From Podarcis muralis (Eukaryota), in NCBI RefSeq assembly GCF_964188315.1, contig NC_135661.1, positions 77,376,001 to 77,440,000 of the forward strand: a DNA stretch of 64,000 nucleotides, written 5' to 3'. The notes under the pieces were generated by a model. It did no database searches and had not been told where the DNA came from. It worked only from the letters and a program-made list of their open reading frames with translations. A program made the translations under genes and the position numbers. Positions 1-11,659 of the stretch are shown here, in pieces. How positions within the stretch are numbered: the first letter of the stretch is position 1; the number at the start of each line of letters is the position of its first letter.

Positions 1-975
1 CTTTTTAATACCTATATGAAACCGCTAGGAGAGATCATCAGGGGGTTGTGCTGACTGTTCATCAGTATGCGGATGATACCCAGCTCTACCTCTTTTTCAA
101 ATCAAAACAAGTGAAGGCAGTGAATGTCATGTGTGAATGTATGGAGGCGGTTGGAGGGTGGATGGCATATAACAGATTGAGGTTGAATCCTGACAAGGCA
201 GAAGTACTGTTTCTGGGGGATAGGGGGCAGGCTGGTGTGGAGAACTCCCTGCTTCTGAATGGGGTAACTATGCCCCTGAAGAACTATGTGCGCAGCCTGG
301 GAGTCATTTCAGACTCACAGCTGTCCATGGAGGCGCAGGTTAATTCTGTGTCCAGGGCAGCTGTCTACCAGCTCCATCTGGTATGCAGGCTGAGATCCTA
401 CCTGCCCCAGACTGTCTTGCCAGAGTGGTGCATGCTCTAGTTCTCTCCTGCTTGGACTACTGCAATGTGCTCTATGTGGGGCTACCTTTGAAGGTGACCT
501 GGAAACTACAACTAACCCAGAATGTGGCAGCTAGCCTGGTGACTGGGAGTGGCCAATGAGACCACATAACACTGGGCCTGAAAGACCTACATTGGCTTCC
601 AGTATGTTTCCAAGCACATTTCAAAGTGTTGGTGCTGACCTTTAAAGCACTAAACCACTTTCAGCCCAGTATACCTGAAGGAATGTCTCCACCCCCATCA
701 TCCAGCCAGGACACTGAGGTCCAGCACTGAGGGCCTTCTGGCGGTTCCCTCACTGCAAGAGGTGAGGTTACAGGGAACCAGGCAGAGGGCCTTCTCAGTA
801 GTGGTGCCTGCCTTGTGGAATGCCCTTCCACCAGATATCAAGGAAATAAAGAACTATCTGACTTTTGGAAGACATCGGAAAGGAGTCCTGTTTAGGGAAG
901 TTTTTGATTTTTGTTGTTTTACCGTGTTTTAAATATTTTGTTGATAGCCATCCAGAGTGGCTAGGGAAACCCAGC
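1..975 (+). mobile_element. L2-clade LINE, 5'-truncated and degraded (RT C-terminal region plus 3' tail)
   Basis: ORF 48-440 contains HQYADDTQLY (YADD RT motif) and LRLNPDKAEVL. The 3' tail (gggaagttttt...ccagagtggctagggaaacccagc) recurs at 13840-14297, 27665-27955 and 37188-37692. Confidence 0.85.
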
Positions 976-1190
976 NNNNNNNNNNNNNNNNNNNNNNNNN
1001 NNNNNNNNNNNNNNNNNNNNNNNNNNNNNNNNNNNNNNNNNNNNNNNNNNNNNNNNNNNNNNNNNNNNNNNNNNNNNNNNNNNNNNNNNNNNNNNNNNNN
1101 NNNNNNNNNNNNNNNNNNNNNNNNNNNNNNNNNNNNNNNNNNNNNNNNNNNNNNNNNNNNNNNNNNNNNNNNNNNNNNNNNNNNNNNNNA
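976..1190. other. Assembly gap (215 N)
   Basis: Run of N inside the L2 tail; the overlapping X-rich ORFs are artefacts. Confidence 0.99.
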
Positions 1191-1702
1191 ATATTGTTAT
1201 TATTATTAACAAGTCATGTCCCCCAGTCTCTCAGTGCATTTTTTACATTTTTTTAAAAAACAAAAACGTAAGGTGGTCATAGTTGCAGGATTGCACTGGA
1301 AGATTTCCAGTGCGCCATCAGAAACCTAGTTTTGCATGAAGAAATGGGGGTTGGAGGTTAATAACTGTGGGGTAAGGAAAGGAAGCTTGGGGGGTTAATG
1401 TAGAGGGAATGATAATGAGATTGGTGAATGGTGTCAGCAGGAAGAAAGATGTTTGTGTGTTTCTATGCTAGCCTAACCCACTTATAGTACTGCAAAAACT
1501 TTAGAGCAAAGCAAACTGGAAAAGGTAACATACAGATCTTCACCCATCCCACTAACCACCCCACTTCCTTCTCCTCCTCCTCCACCTCCTCTTCTTCTTC
1601 TTCTTTAAAAAAAAATATATATTTTATTAAAGATTTTCTACTTCTGATTTTGAGTTTAGGTTTTCTAACTCTTTTTAAATGAGATTCCTCTCTTTTTATA
1701 TA

Positions 1703-1933
1703 CAGTGGTACCTCAGGTTACGGACACTTCAGGTTACAGACGCTTCAGGTTACAGGCTCCACTAACCCAGAAATAGTACCTCGGGTTAAGAACTTTGTTT
1801 CAGGTTGAGAACAGAAATCACGCGGCTGTGGCGGGAGGCCCCATTAGCTAAAGTGGTGCTTCAGGTTAAGAACATTTTCAGGTTAAGAATGGACCTCCAG
1901 AACAAATTAAGTTCTTAACCTGAGGTACCACTG
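1703..1933. mobile_element. Tc1/mariner-type MITE (CAGTGGTACC TIR, TA TSD)
   Basis: TA|CAGTGGTACCTC...GAGGTACCACTG|TA. The paralogous site near 15935 is empty. Confidence 0.85.
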
Positions 1934-2863
1934 TATACAATAATTTCAGACATAGCTAATGAGTTGTTTTATTTTGTATTCCCCCCCCCCCGGAATGGTT
2001 GAATCACTTTTAAAATCAATACAAAGAAAGGTATATTATGAAAAAACACGAGGACCTCTTGTAGCACCCCATCCAGCCATGCAAGGAGCCTCTGGTTGGG
2101 ACCTTCACTGCAGTAAATTATTGCTGATAACCATCCGGAAGAAACAAACAAAACCATTTTTGGACTCAATATTCTTTATTGGGCCTGCAATCTTTCATTC
2201 ACGAAACAGTCTGGAACTTCAAAAACACACTTTGGAGGAGGTGGGGGGAAGTATTGTGGTACTCAAATCAGGATGAGGAAGAAATTCAATTTTGTCTGCA
2301 TGTTAATGAGAAACTAACTCATTTGCACTTTCCAGACCAATATGCAACCTAAAACTCAGCCTTCAAATTTCACGTTTCTCATAATTTTGCAATGTAGTTC
2401 ATAAACCAAACAGTGTATACAAAAATGTATTTATGTGAGGAAAGTGCATATATTAGTGATAATAGCATTCTGTGTCTATTGTTCAAACTGCATGTAAACG
2501 TTGTGTTTATTAGGGTAAATCCATGCTAAAATGTGAGCAGATTTGCAATAGTTTTTTTAAGAAGCTAATTGCCGTAGAAATGTCGAGAACTGAATTTAAG
2601 GTTTAAAAAGTGAGAAACTTAATAGCACTGTAATTTGACAGATCTGTCCATTTCAGTGCCAAAATGCTCATGGCATGAATCCTTCGAGGTGGCTGGCATT
2701 GAGAGAGCGATCAGGAGAGAAACTTCATAAAGAGAAGGCTGGAGATACTAGGTAGCAGGAGGAGGAAGAAGCTCTTCCCCAAGATATGGTTGTCACTCGA
2801 TTTTGTTGTTGTTTTAGTTGTGGCTGGTCTCTGAGTTGTGGCTGATGCAGAACTTCTGGCTGG

Positions 2864-5800
2864 TTAAGCTTTTGCAGCTGGTGCTGGCTTTTCGGCATCG
2901 ACACATGATATTTTATTTATTTTGTAGGGGATTCCTGCAATTGTCACTTCATAGTTCTCTACACCGCACATATTGCTTGTTCCACAACCATGCAGGACGA
3001 ATTTCTTGGCACCTGCAGGTAAATATGGGGATCATCAGCAGATGTCAGTGGTGGCTGCTCTAGTACAGCAAATGGGGCACGACCCCTTCCATTTCAGTCT
3101 GCCCTCACCCAGCCCCCATCATCCTGCCTTCTGACTCACAACCAGGCCAAGCCTGACCCTCCTCCTCCCTTCCTAATTCCCTTCAGGGTTACCAGTTGTT
3201 CCTGTTGCACTGATGCAACTCATTTGACCATCTGTGCATGAGACCTTTCCACCTTTGCATTTCTCCTCCGTCTGAGCATAACATCCAGTTGGACAAGTGT
3301 ACCCATTCTCAGTCCAAGTAGTTGGGAGAACTAGGAAGCAAAGAAGAAAGAAGCAAATGGTCATATATGGAAAGTTTTTACATTAGAATCTCCGAAGAGC
3401 CCCGCTGGATCATTGACAGGCCTGCTTCACACAGACACAGCAGCCGCAGCCTTCCTGATGCATTCACACAACCACCCACTGAGTCCTCCCCACTCCCAGG
3501 TCTTTGTTAGCATATTCTTTGTCAGAATAAAAGAATGAGGTCTAGAGTCACGGGTTTGACACCTTTCCTGTCTTGTGTTAGGATGAAAGGTGTGGAGGGA
3601 CTAAAACTTCCTCTACTCCACCCTGTTCCTGCCAAGTTTCAAAAGCTAATTGAGAATGTTTTCATCATTCTGAAACCAAGGGCCCCACCAGACTGGTGTT
3701 TTATTTCGGGGTCATTTGTTCACCATGTTCTTCAAACTATAACACTGCATTAGTGATGGATTTCTCCTGGTTTCATTTGTCCTGTGGTGTTTCCTACTGC
3801 ATTATTGCTGACGGGAGGGGCTGTGGAACAACAGAAGTGGGACGAAAATAAACCAGGACATTTGTGGCATGAAAGGTGATGGGTTTTCAGGAGGAAGTAA
3901 TGGGATGTGCACTGATTGTAAATGAAGCAGTATGACCACCCCAATACCTCTGCACACGCAAACAGTATTGAGAGTGGAATTGTGTGTGACTGGCTCCATA
4001 GCCTCATGGGCACAAATCACCTTGAATGCACTATAAAAAGGACTTCGGGAGGGGTCCAGGTTTGCAATTCTGATATCAGAGATGGGCAGGTGATGACTTA
4101 CTTCCCCAATCTAAGTTTTTGTTGCACCCATCTTCAGTACAGCAAGCGGAGCTGGAGCGTAAATGTTTCCCGTCTCCTATGGTGATGGTAAAAGCATTGG
4201 CACAAGAATCATTTTTCCCACATGTATAGAATGTTGTAGTAAACTTGACCCCTGTATACCAGAAAAGGAAAAAGACAAACAACATGTCAGGAGATCCCAT
4301 TCCCCAGAATCTCTGCCGAACTCTGTGGTCTCCATTGTGCTTGCCCTTCCATCTGTTCCAAGTTCTCCCAAGGGAATATGGCTTGCTAGAGTACAAGCAC
4401 CTCCATCTTGCTGAATTAAGCTTTGGAAGTTCCAGATCAATTGTGAAGAACCTCAGTTCTGTGGATCAAAAGCAACCTCTTTCTGTTTCTGACCGTTCAG
4501 AAACGGCCCAATCCACACCCCTTACCAACTTCATTTTACATCCACCTTGAGTGTGTTTCCCTGGCTGGTATACATATCTGACAATGATTCTTGTCAGGTG
4601 GCTTCCAACATATATAAAAACATAATAAACATAATAAAACATTTAAAAACTTCCCTATGCAGGGCGGTCTTCAGATGTCTTCTAAAGGTTACATGGTTGC
4701 TTATCTCCTTGGTTCGGGGGTGGGATAACTCCATACCCTCCAACATTTATCCAGTGAAAATAGGGGCATCCTAAGGAAATGCAGGACATTCCAGGATCAA
4801 ATCAGAGACCAGGTCAGCTTCTGTAAATCTGGGACTGTCCCTCGAAAATAGGGAAATTTGGAGGGTCTGCTACCAGCTTCCAACTCCTTCTTAGTCTCAG
4901 AGTTGTCCCTTGCAGAACTCAGCTGGGAGCAGAAGGATGGGGACGAAAGTAGAACGATTTGGCTCTGCCCATCATTGGCCTTCTTCCATACCAGTCCTAA
5001 TGGGCACCAGACTCCATTGGATAGATTGTGGCACAGCGTGGAGCATGCCACCAGGCAAGGCCAACATCTTCCTTACCAAACATTGTGCTCTCATCCTTGA
5101 TGACCACGCAGGCATCCAAACCACTGACACAGTCTGAAACCACAGAACCTTCAGTTCCTTGTTGGCACTTAAGGGCTGGAAGAAGAAAGTAAAGGCTGGT
5201 CAAAATTATATCAGAGTGAAGACATAACAAATATAATGGGAGAAGTTCTGCTGTGGCTCTGTGATTGGAGGAGCCTTCCCCCCCCCCCTTTAGAGGACAA
5301 TTAGGACAATGGGAGAGGTTAAATACCTCAGAAAAAATAAGGGGGCAGATGACGGAGATAAATATATATACAAAATTAAATATTTGGGAATATATTTGAT
5401 AGACAAGAGTATTAAGATATTTAAAGACAATTATGAGAAAATTTGGAAAAGAAATAAAAAGGAATTTAGAAATTTGGGGAAGAATGAATTTGTCATTGTT
5501 AGGAAGAATTTCAGTGACTGAGATGAATGTATTGCCAAAAAATGTTGTTTTTATTTCAATCAATCCCGGTGAGAAGCGATTCGAGCTGCTTCAAAGAATG
5601 GCAAAAAGATATTTCAAAATTTATATGGAAAGGGAAGAAACCAAGAATAAAATATAAACTACGTACTAACAGACATCAAAGATAGAGGAGGTTTCTCTCT
5701 ACCGGATTTAAGATTATATTATGAAGCATCTTGCATCTGCTGGATCCAGGATTGGATAAAAGTAAAAGATACAGATTTGCTAGATTTAGAAGGCCATGAC

Positions 5801-8014
5801 AATAGACTTGGCTGGCATGCGTATATATGGTACCATAAGGCAAAATTACATAAATGATTTTGGAATCATATAATAAGAAAATCAGTTTTTTAGGTCTGGG
5901 AGAAATATAAAGATCTATCAGAACAAAAAACAAAACAAAACACCATGGTGGTTCTCCACGCTAGAAGCAATAGCTCTTAAAAAAATGAATCTGAGGACAA
6001 ATTGGTCCACATATAGATAATCAGTTAAAACTAAAGGAGTTTGTAAAAGTCAGAGAAATGGTTACAGATTGGTTACAATATTTTCAATTAAATGAAACCT
6101 TTAAAAATGATAAAAAGAAAGGATTTAGCTATGAAGTGTCAAGATTTCAGAGAGAGATAATAGACCATACCAAATTACTGTCAAAAATGTATAATATGCT
6201 CTTGGAATGGAATACCAAAGAGGAACAGGTCAAATCTGTCATGATAAAATGGGCAAAAGATGTGGCACACAATATACAAATGATAGACTGGGAAAAGCTC
6301 TGGAAGAGAGATCTGAAATTTATGGCATGTACCTCATTGAAAGAAAACCATATGAAAATGATGTATCGGTGGTATCTAACCCCGGTTGAATTAGCAAAGA
6401 TTTATTGAACAAGATTAAATATGTGTTGGAAATGTAAAGAAGTAGAAGGTACCTTTTATCATACGTGGTGGAAATGGAAGGTTGGATAGTTCTCACCCAG
6501 GGTCACCCACAAAAGTCTCACAATCAGAACAGCGGCCATCAATCTAGTCTCTCACTATAGACTTGCTTTTCATGGGCAAGCCCAAGGTCAATAGTAGGTC
6601 TTAGTTGTGGGATTCCCATAGGCATCTGGCTGAGAATAGGATTGTGGACTATATGGGCTACTGGCCTGATCCTGCAGGCTCTTCCTGTGTTTTTCTACCA
6701 AATACAGAGGTAAAGGGACCCCTGACTGTTAGGTCCAGTCGTGGACGACTCTGAGGTTGCGAGGCTCATCTCACTTTATTGGCTGAGGGAGCCGGCGTAC
6801 AGCTTTCGGGTCATGTGGCCAGCATGACTAAGCTGCTTCTGGCGAACCAGAGCAGCGCACGAAAATGCCGTTTATCTTCCCACTGAAGCGGTACCTATTT
6901 ATCTACTTGCACTTCATGCTTTCGAACTGCTAGGTTGGCAGGAGCAGGGGCCGAGCAACGGGAGCTCACCCTGTCATGGGGATTCGAACTGCTGACCTTC
7001 TGATCGGCAAGCCCTAGGCTCTGTGGTTTAACCCACAGCCCCCCTTGCTATGAGGTGTATAAAAAGCTGAAGCAACAACAGACAAAGAAAACATTACAAA
7101 AATACAGAGTTACATATAAAAACATTACATTAATAGAACATTACTAATATATATATAAATCAATAGCAATTCCTTTCAATCTCTTTTTTATATACATATA
7201 AATTTTATTAGTTTTTTAACATATCATTTTCAACAGTAATTAAACATACTTTTACATCTTATTCAATTTTTTTGACTTCCATCAGTCCTGTCTGGAAATT
7301 TTCCTTCTTAGTATGCATTTCAAATTTTCCCTATTACATTTCAAACTCATAACCAATATCTCTATCTTTTTCTGCTTTGTAACACTTTGTATATTTCTCC
7401 TTACAAAACGTCTTGTAGTCCTACTAGCTTAATTTGTTGATTACAGTTGCTCTTCAAAGAATTTAACAATTCCTTTCATTCTCAGCCTCTCGGTTCTCAC
7501 CCAGGGTCCAAACACACTCTCAGCAAACCCATAAAAGTCTCGCAATCAGAACAGCAGCCATTGATCTAGTCTCTCACTATAGACTTGCTTTTCATGGGCA
7601 AGCCCAAGGTCAATGGTACTTCCTTAGGTTTCCCACAGCTGTGTCCCATTGAGCTGCCCTCTCCACACCCAGTTCAAGGTACAGCAGGTGTGCTAAGTCT
7701 CCCAGGGGGTCCAAAGGATGGGGAAAGTTTCTCCCTCCACTCACAGCTCTTTCTTCACCCTCTGTCCCCTCCTCGTTTTCAAGCTGGCATACAGATCCTC
7801 CTGTGGTAAGAAAGTTCTCTGCAAAGTTTTTAACCCTCTGAGATTAGCATCAAATGATGGCACAGTTGGTATGTGATTCCAAAGTACTAGCCTTTCACTT
7901 TGTCCTTAATAGCATCATAGGAAAAGGGATGTCATCAATGATAAATAACTTACGTGGATCCACAGAGGCAACTAAGAGTGGCGAAAGAAGGCAGAGCACA
8001 AGGAGAGGCACCAT
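2864..8014 (-). CDS. Gene A: PLA2-inhibitor-gamma/PINLYP-like protein with two LU domains, 198 aa, predicted secreted. Exons 7954-8014, 5077-5175, 4102-4251, 3193-3330, 2864-3012
   Basis: All introns are GT-AG and phase 1. Product: MVPLLVLCLLSPLLVASVDP-PLKCQQGTEGSVVSDCVSGLDACVVIKDESTMF-GVKFTTTFYTCGKNDSCANAFTITIGDGKHLRSSSACCTEDGCNKNLDWG-ILPTTWTENGYTCPTGCYAQTEEKCKGGKVSCTDGQMSCISATGTT-GAKKFVLHGCGTSNMCGVENYEVTIAGIPYKINKISCVDAEKPAPAAKA*. It has a signal peptide, a CCxxDGCN LU terminus and an NGxxCP second domain. The frame continues past TAA (2864-2866) to TGA at 2711-2713. AATAAA at 2506-2511. Confidence 0.85.
5330..6480 (+). mobile_element. L1 LINE ORF2 fragment (late RT to C-terminal zinc-knuckle region), frameshifted, in intron 1 of gene A
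   Basis: Broken frames read YLGIYL, LSLLGRISV..MNVLPK, GGFSLPDLRLYYEA and CWKCKEVEGTFYHTWW, typical of L1 ORF2. Confidence 0.8.
6708..7039 (-). mobile_element. Sauria SINE
   Basis: The reverse complement reads gctgtgggttaaaccacagagcctagggcttgccgatcagaaggtc...ggttcgaatcccc (tRNA-derived head) and ends ggtccctttacct. Confidence 0.9.
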
Positions 8015-8973
8015 GGTGTCGTAAGGTAGGGCTAAGGTCCTTGCTGGGCTTGAGTGCTTCTTGTGCACAGATGTATGTGCAAAGGACGTTTTATAGATGG
8101 GTCTCCACTAACATCTTTTAGGGAGTTGCTCCAATGTACCACAGTAAAAGGAGTGCTGTGTAGTGTAAATACCCATAAAGAAAATGGGTGGAGATGCCTC
8201 TCTTATTGTGCCAGGACTTCCTGGAATGAACGGTGGATTCTGACGACAAATTTGGCAAAACTGATGCCAACTTGAGGCATTTCTAGCTTTAGGAATGTTT
8301 GGCATGTACCTTACATACTATTACTTATTCCATTTATTCCCCCGCTCCTCTATGGATCCTCAAGCAGGCAGGCAGGGAGGAGCACTCTTTTATTCTAACA
8401 ACAACCCTGTGAGGTAGGTTCGGCTGAGAGATAGTGTGTAGCCCAAGGAGTTTCATGGATGAGTGGAGATCTGGCTCCAGGTCTTCCTCATCCTGCCATA
8501 TTATCATTTATTGCCTGCTGTGTTCTGAGATTAGTGCAGCCAGCTCCAGAAAACAGGGAAAGTTCAGAGAGGAGCCTCAAAATTCAAGGATGGTGAGCCT
8601 GTAGCCCTCTGGATGTTGATATGGATGCAGTTTCCATCAACCCTAACCAATAGCCATGCTGGCTGCAGTCCAGCAACACCTGGAAGGTGACAAATTCGCT
8701 ACCCCAGCTCAAGTTCAAAATGTTTGAGGAACACTTCTCTCTCAAGCCTCATCTAGTGAGGATCCTATCCAGCAGCAACATAGTTTTTAATAGAAGGACT
8801 ATATGGTAGAAGGTGTCTCATCCTCTTGAGAGTGAAGGCGCTCTTAGCTCTGCTCCTGAAGATTGTTGTTGGTGTGTGTGTGAGTGTGTCAGAGGGGCCA
8901 AATTGCTCTGAAGATTGGGGACGGGTGATGACACACGCATGATGTCAGGATACCGGGAGGAATCAGGGAGTGG

Positions 8974-9477
8974 TGTCAGGTGTCATGGAATCCGATCCCC
9001 ACCCCCACCCCCCATTGTAGGCTGCCAAGAATAGATAGGACAAGGATAGTTCTTACCAATGTCTATTATTCAATAATTACGAAGAGAGGATTAGAAATGC
9101 AGCCTCTTGGAGTAATGGTGTTGCTCTGAGTAATCTCCACCCCACTTCTCTCCTCATTCGTCAACAGCACCACCCACCTTACAGTGCCCGCTTAGGGCCA
9201 TTTGCCTCCAAGCCTTTTGCTTTCCTACTTTCAGTGCTCGCCGGGTTCTGGGAGAAGGCGGGCCTGGAATGCTTTCTAGTGATAACATGTCAGCCAGCTG
9301 CTCCGGCTCTGCTTACCCCTCCGCCTCTTCCATTATTTCCCAAATTTGCCCCTCGTGTCCCTCTGAGCCGTAACCTTCCTCAAACAACTGTTGTAAATCT
9401 ATACTGTCTTCCTCTTCTCTGGAAGGTTCAGGAGGGGGAGGTGGTCTCCACCATTCCTCCTCTATCCAGTCCTGACA
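8974..9477 (-). mobile_element. Solo-LTR-like repeat (TGTCA...TGACA)
   Basis: Inverted terminal pentamers and near-TSD agtgg/ggtgg. Homologous to 9856-10318 in the opposite orientation. Confidence 0.6.
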
Positions 9478-9855
9478 GGTGGAGGCAAATGCAGCGGCAG
9501 TGCGGATTCAATGGCCAGCGGTTCCTCCTCTCTCATGTTCAGCCTTCTCCCCCTCCTCCCTCCACTGCCACTGGATGGGTGCTGCTTCCCCCTCCTTCCC
9601 CTCCGCAGCAGGAGGAGGAGCCAGCCACTGAAGCCGAACCACACGTGGCTCTGTGCTCAGTCTCCTCTGCCCCCTAATTGCTTGGAACATTGGGGGGGTC
9701 ACCCACCAAAATATGGGGCACCCAGAAGAGCAGGGGCCCTAGGATTTGGCACCCCTGGTGTGTGTGTGTTTGTGTGTATGTGTGGAGTCGTTTTGGGGTG
9801 GGATTGCATTTTATTGAAGCAAAAGACAGGCAGAACCATGAGTGACATTGGCTGG

Positions 9856-10318
9856 GCCAGGGACTGGACAGAGGAATAGTGGTGGACACCACCTCCCTAG
9901 CCTGAACCTTCCAGAGAAAAAGAAGACCGTAAAGATTTACAACAGTGGTTTGCGGGGGGGGGGGGTCATAGCTCAGAGCAGGATGAAAGGCAAAGTTGGG
10001 AAATTATGGGAGAAGAGGAGGAGGCAGAGCTGGAGCAGCTGGATGACATGTTATCACTAGAAAGCATTCCAGACCTCCCTTCTCCCAGAACCTGGCAGGC
10101 ATTGAAAATAGGAGACCAAAGGGCTCGGAGACAAATGACCCTAAGTGGCCACCGTAAGGTGGGTGGTGCTGATGACGATTGAGGAAGTTGAGAAAAGAGG
10201 CTGCATTTCTAAGCCTCTCTCTGTGAATATTGAATAAAAGCCATTGGAAAGAACTTTCCTTGTTTCCTCTATTCCTAGCAGCCTTCTGTGGGGGGATCAG
10301 ATTCCATGAAGACTGACA
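9856..10318 (+). mobile_element. Second copy of the same LTR-like repeat, inverted
   Basis: Shares gacatgttatcactagaaagcattccag..ttctcccagaacc, gtaaggtgggtggtgctg and gaggctgcatttctaa with the reverse complement of 8974-9477. Has AATAAA and ends TGACA. Confidence 0.6.
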
Positions 10319-11659
10319 GGCTGTGACTTCAAGAACATGTGCTTGAGCTTGCTTTTCCCTCCTCCTTCCCCTTGCTTTTTCTGCATGTGATGTGTCTTTT
10401 TAGGGTGTGAAGCTGGAATGCAGGAACCATCTTAGTCATGATTTTTATAGTCCACTGTTTTGGCTAAAGGCCACGATATAAATTCCATAAGCAAACAAAT
10501 AAATCCCCACCAGTCATTTTTTTGGATCATTTGGTCAGGTACGTGACATATCTACCCACTTCCTGTTTGGCAGCCAAACCAGGAAGTTTGTTGGGTCTTT
10601 CATGGGCTGCTGTCTCTGGCTGTGTTTTCCCCTCAGTGTAACATGTGTTACCAACCCCTAGATGAAACTAAGGGCTTATTCTCACTTTCCCTTCTCCTAC
10701 TGCTTTCCCCACTCAATTGGAGCAAATGGCAATTTGGGCTTTTTTCCAGATGGATGTTTGTTCTGAACGAGCACTAAAGAGCAGGTTTTCCATGCAAAAG
10801 GAGTGGGGTAAGGGGATGACCGCTCAGACCACGTGGACCCAGGCTTACTAGGCAGGGAACAAGCAGGAATGTGGATGAGCCTTAAAGCCATGTTTGCACA
10901 GTAAGCTTCCTCCAAAGAGTTCCAGGAGTGGAAGTTTGTTAAAGGTGCTGAGAGTTGTTAGGAGACCCCATGTTAAGACGTGGAGAGTCCTCCCCTCCCT
11001 TTGGTAACTTCACAGATAAGAATTAATGAACAGTTTATAATTTATAGTCCTTTTTATTCAGTGATATGGTTGAAAGCAAAAATCCACATCGCTCCACAAG
11101 GAGAGCAGCAACATCCTGGATGCCAACAGGAAGTTCCTCCTCCTCTCTTTGTTCTCTAATACAGACGAACCTTCTAGTTCTTAGGGAGGGAGGGTCCCTC
11201 ACTCTCTCTAATGATGTCTCTGCTGGCTATTCCCTCCCTTCCTTTTATCTATCCATTATCTTGTAGCTAGGTAACTCTTGCTGAAGCTGCTCAGTGTCAG
11301 TATCTGTCCCTGCTTCTGAAACCACTGGAGACCGGGGGGGGGGGCACGCGAATCTTCCCCCTCCAACTGTTCTTCAGATAGGAGTTACTCTGCCTGGAGA
11401 TACATTCTCCAACCCTCTGATTCAGACCATGCCCTGACACCCCAATCCCCCCCCCCTCCGAGCTATAATTCCTAAATTCCCTGAGGAGAGGGGTGGAGAA
11501 CTGTAGCTCTGTGATGGGAAAAGGCAATCTCCAAACAATTCTCTGCCGCCTTAACAAACTAAAGCTCCCTAAATTCTTGGGGGGGGGGGCAATGGGTGTT
11601 TGGCATCATAGTGGTTCAGGAGTGGCTTGGACTGGCACCGTTGAGAAAGGGATGAAGAC

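Noticed and set aside
6488-7620. About 110-bp direct repeats (6488-6600 and 7493-7620) flanking a SINE and an L1 piece
   Set aside because: Too long for a TSD and also present at about 24690-24815; probably a small local duplication or dispersed repeat with no evident function.
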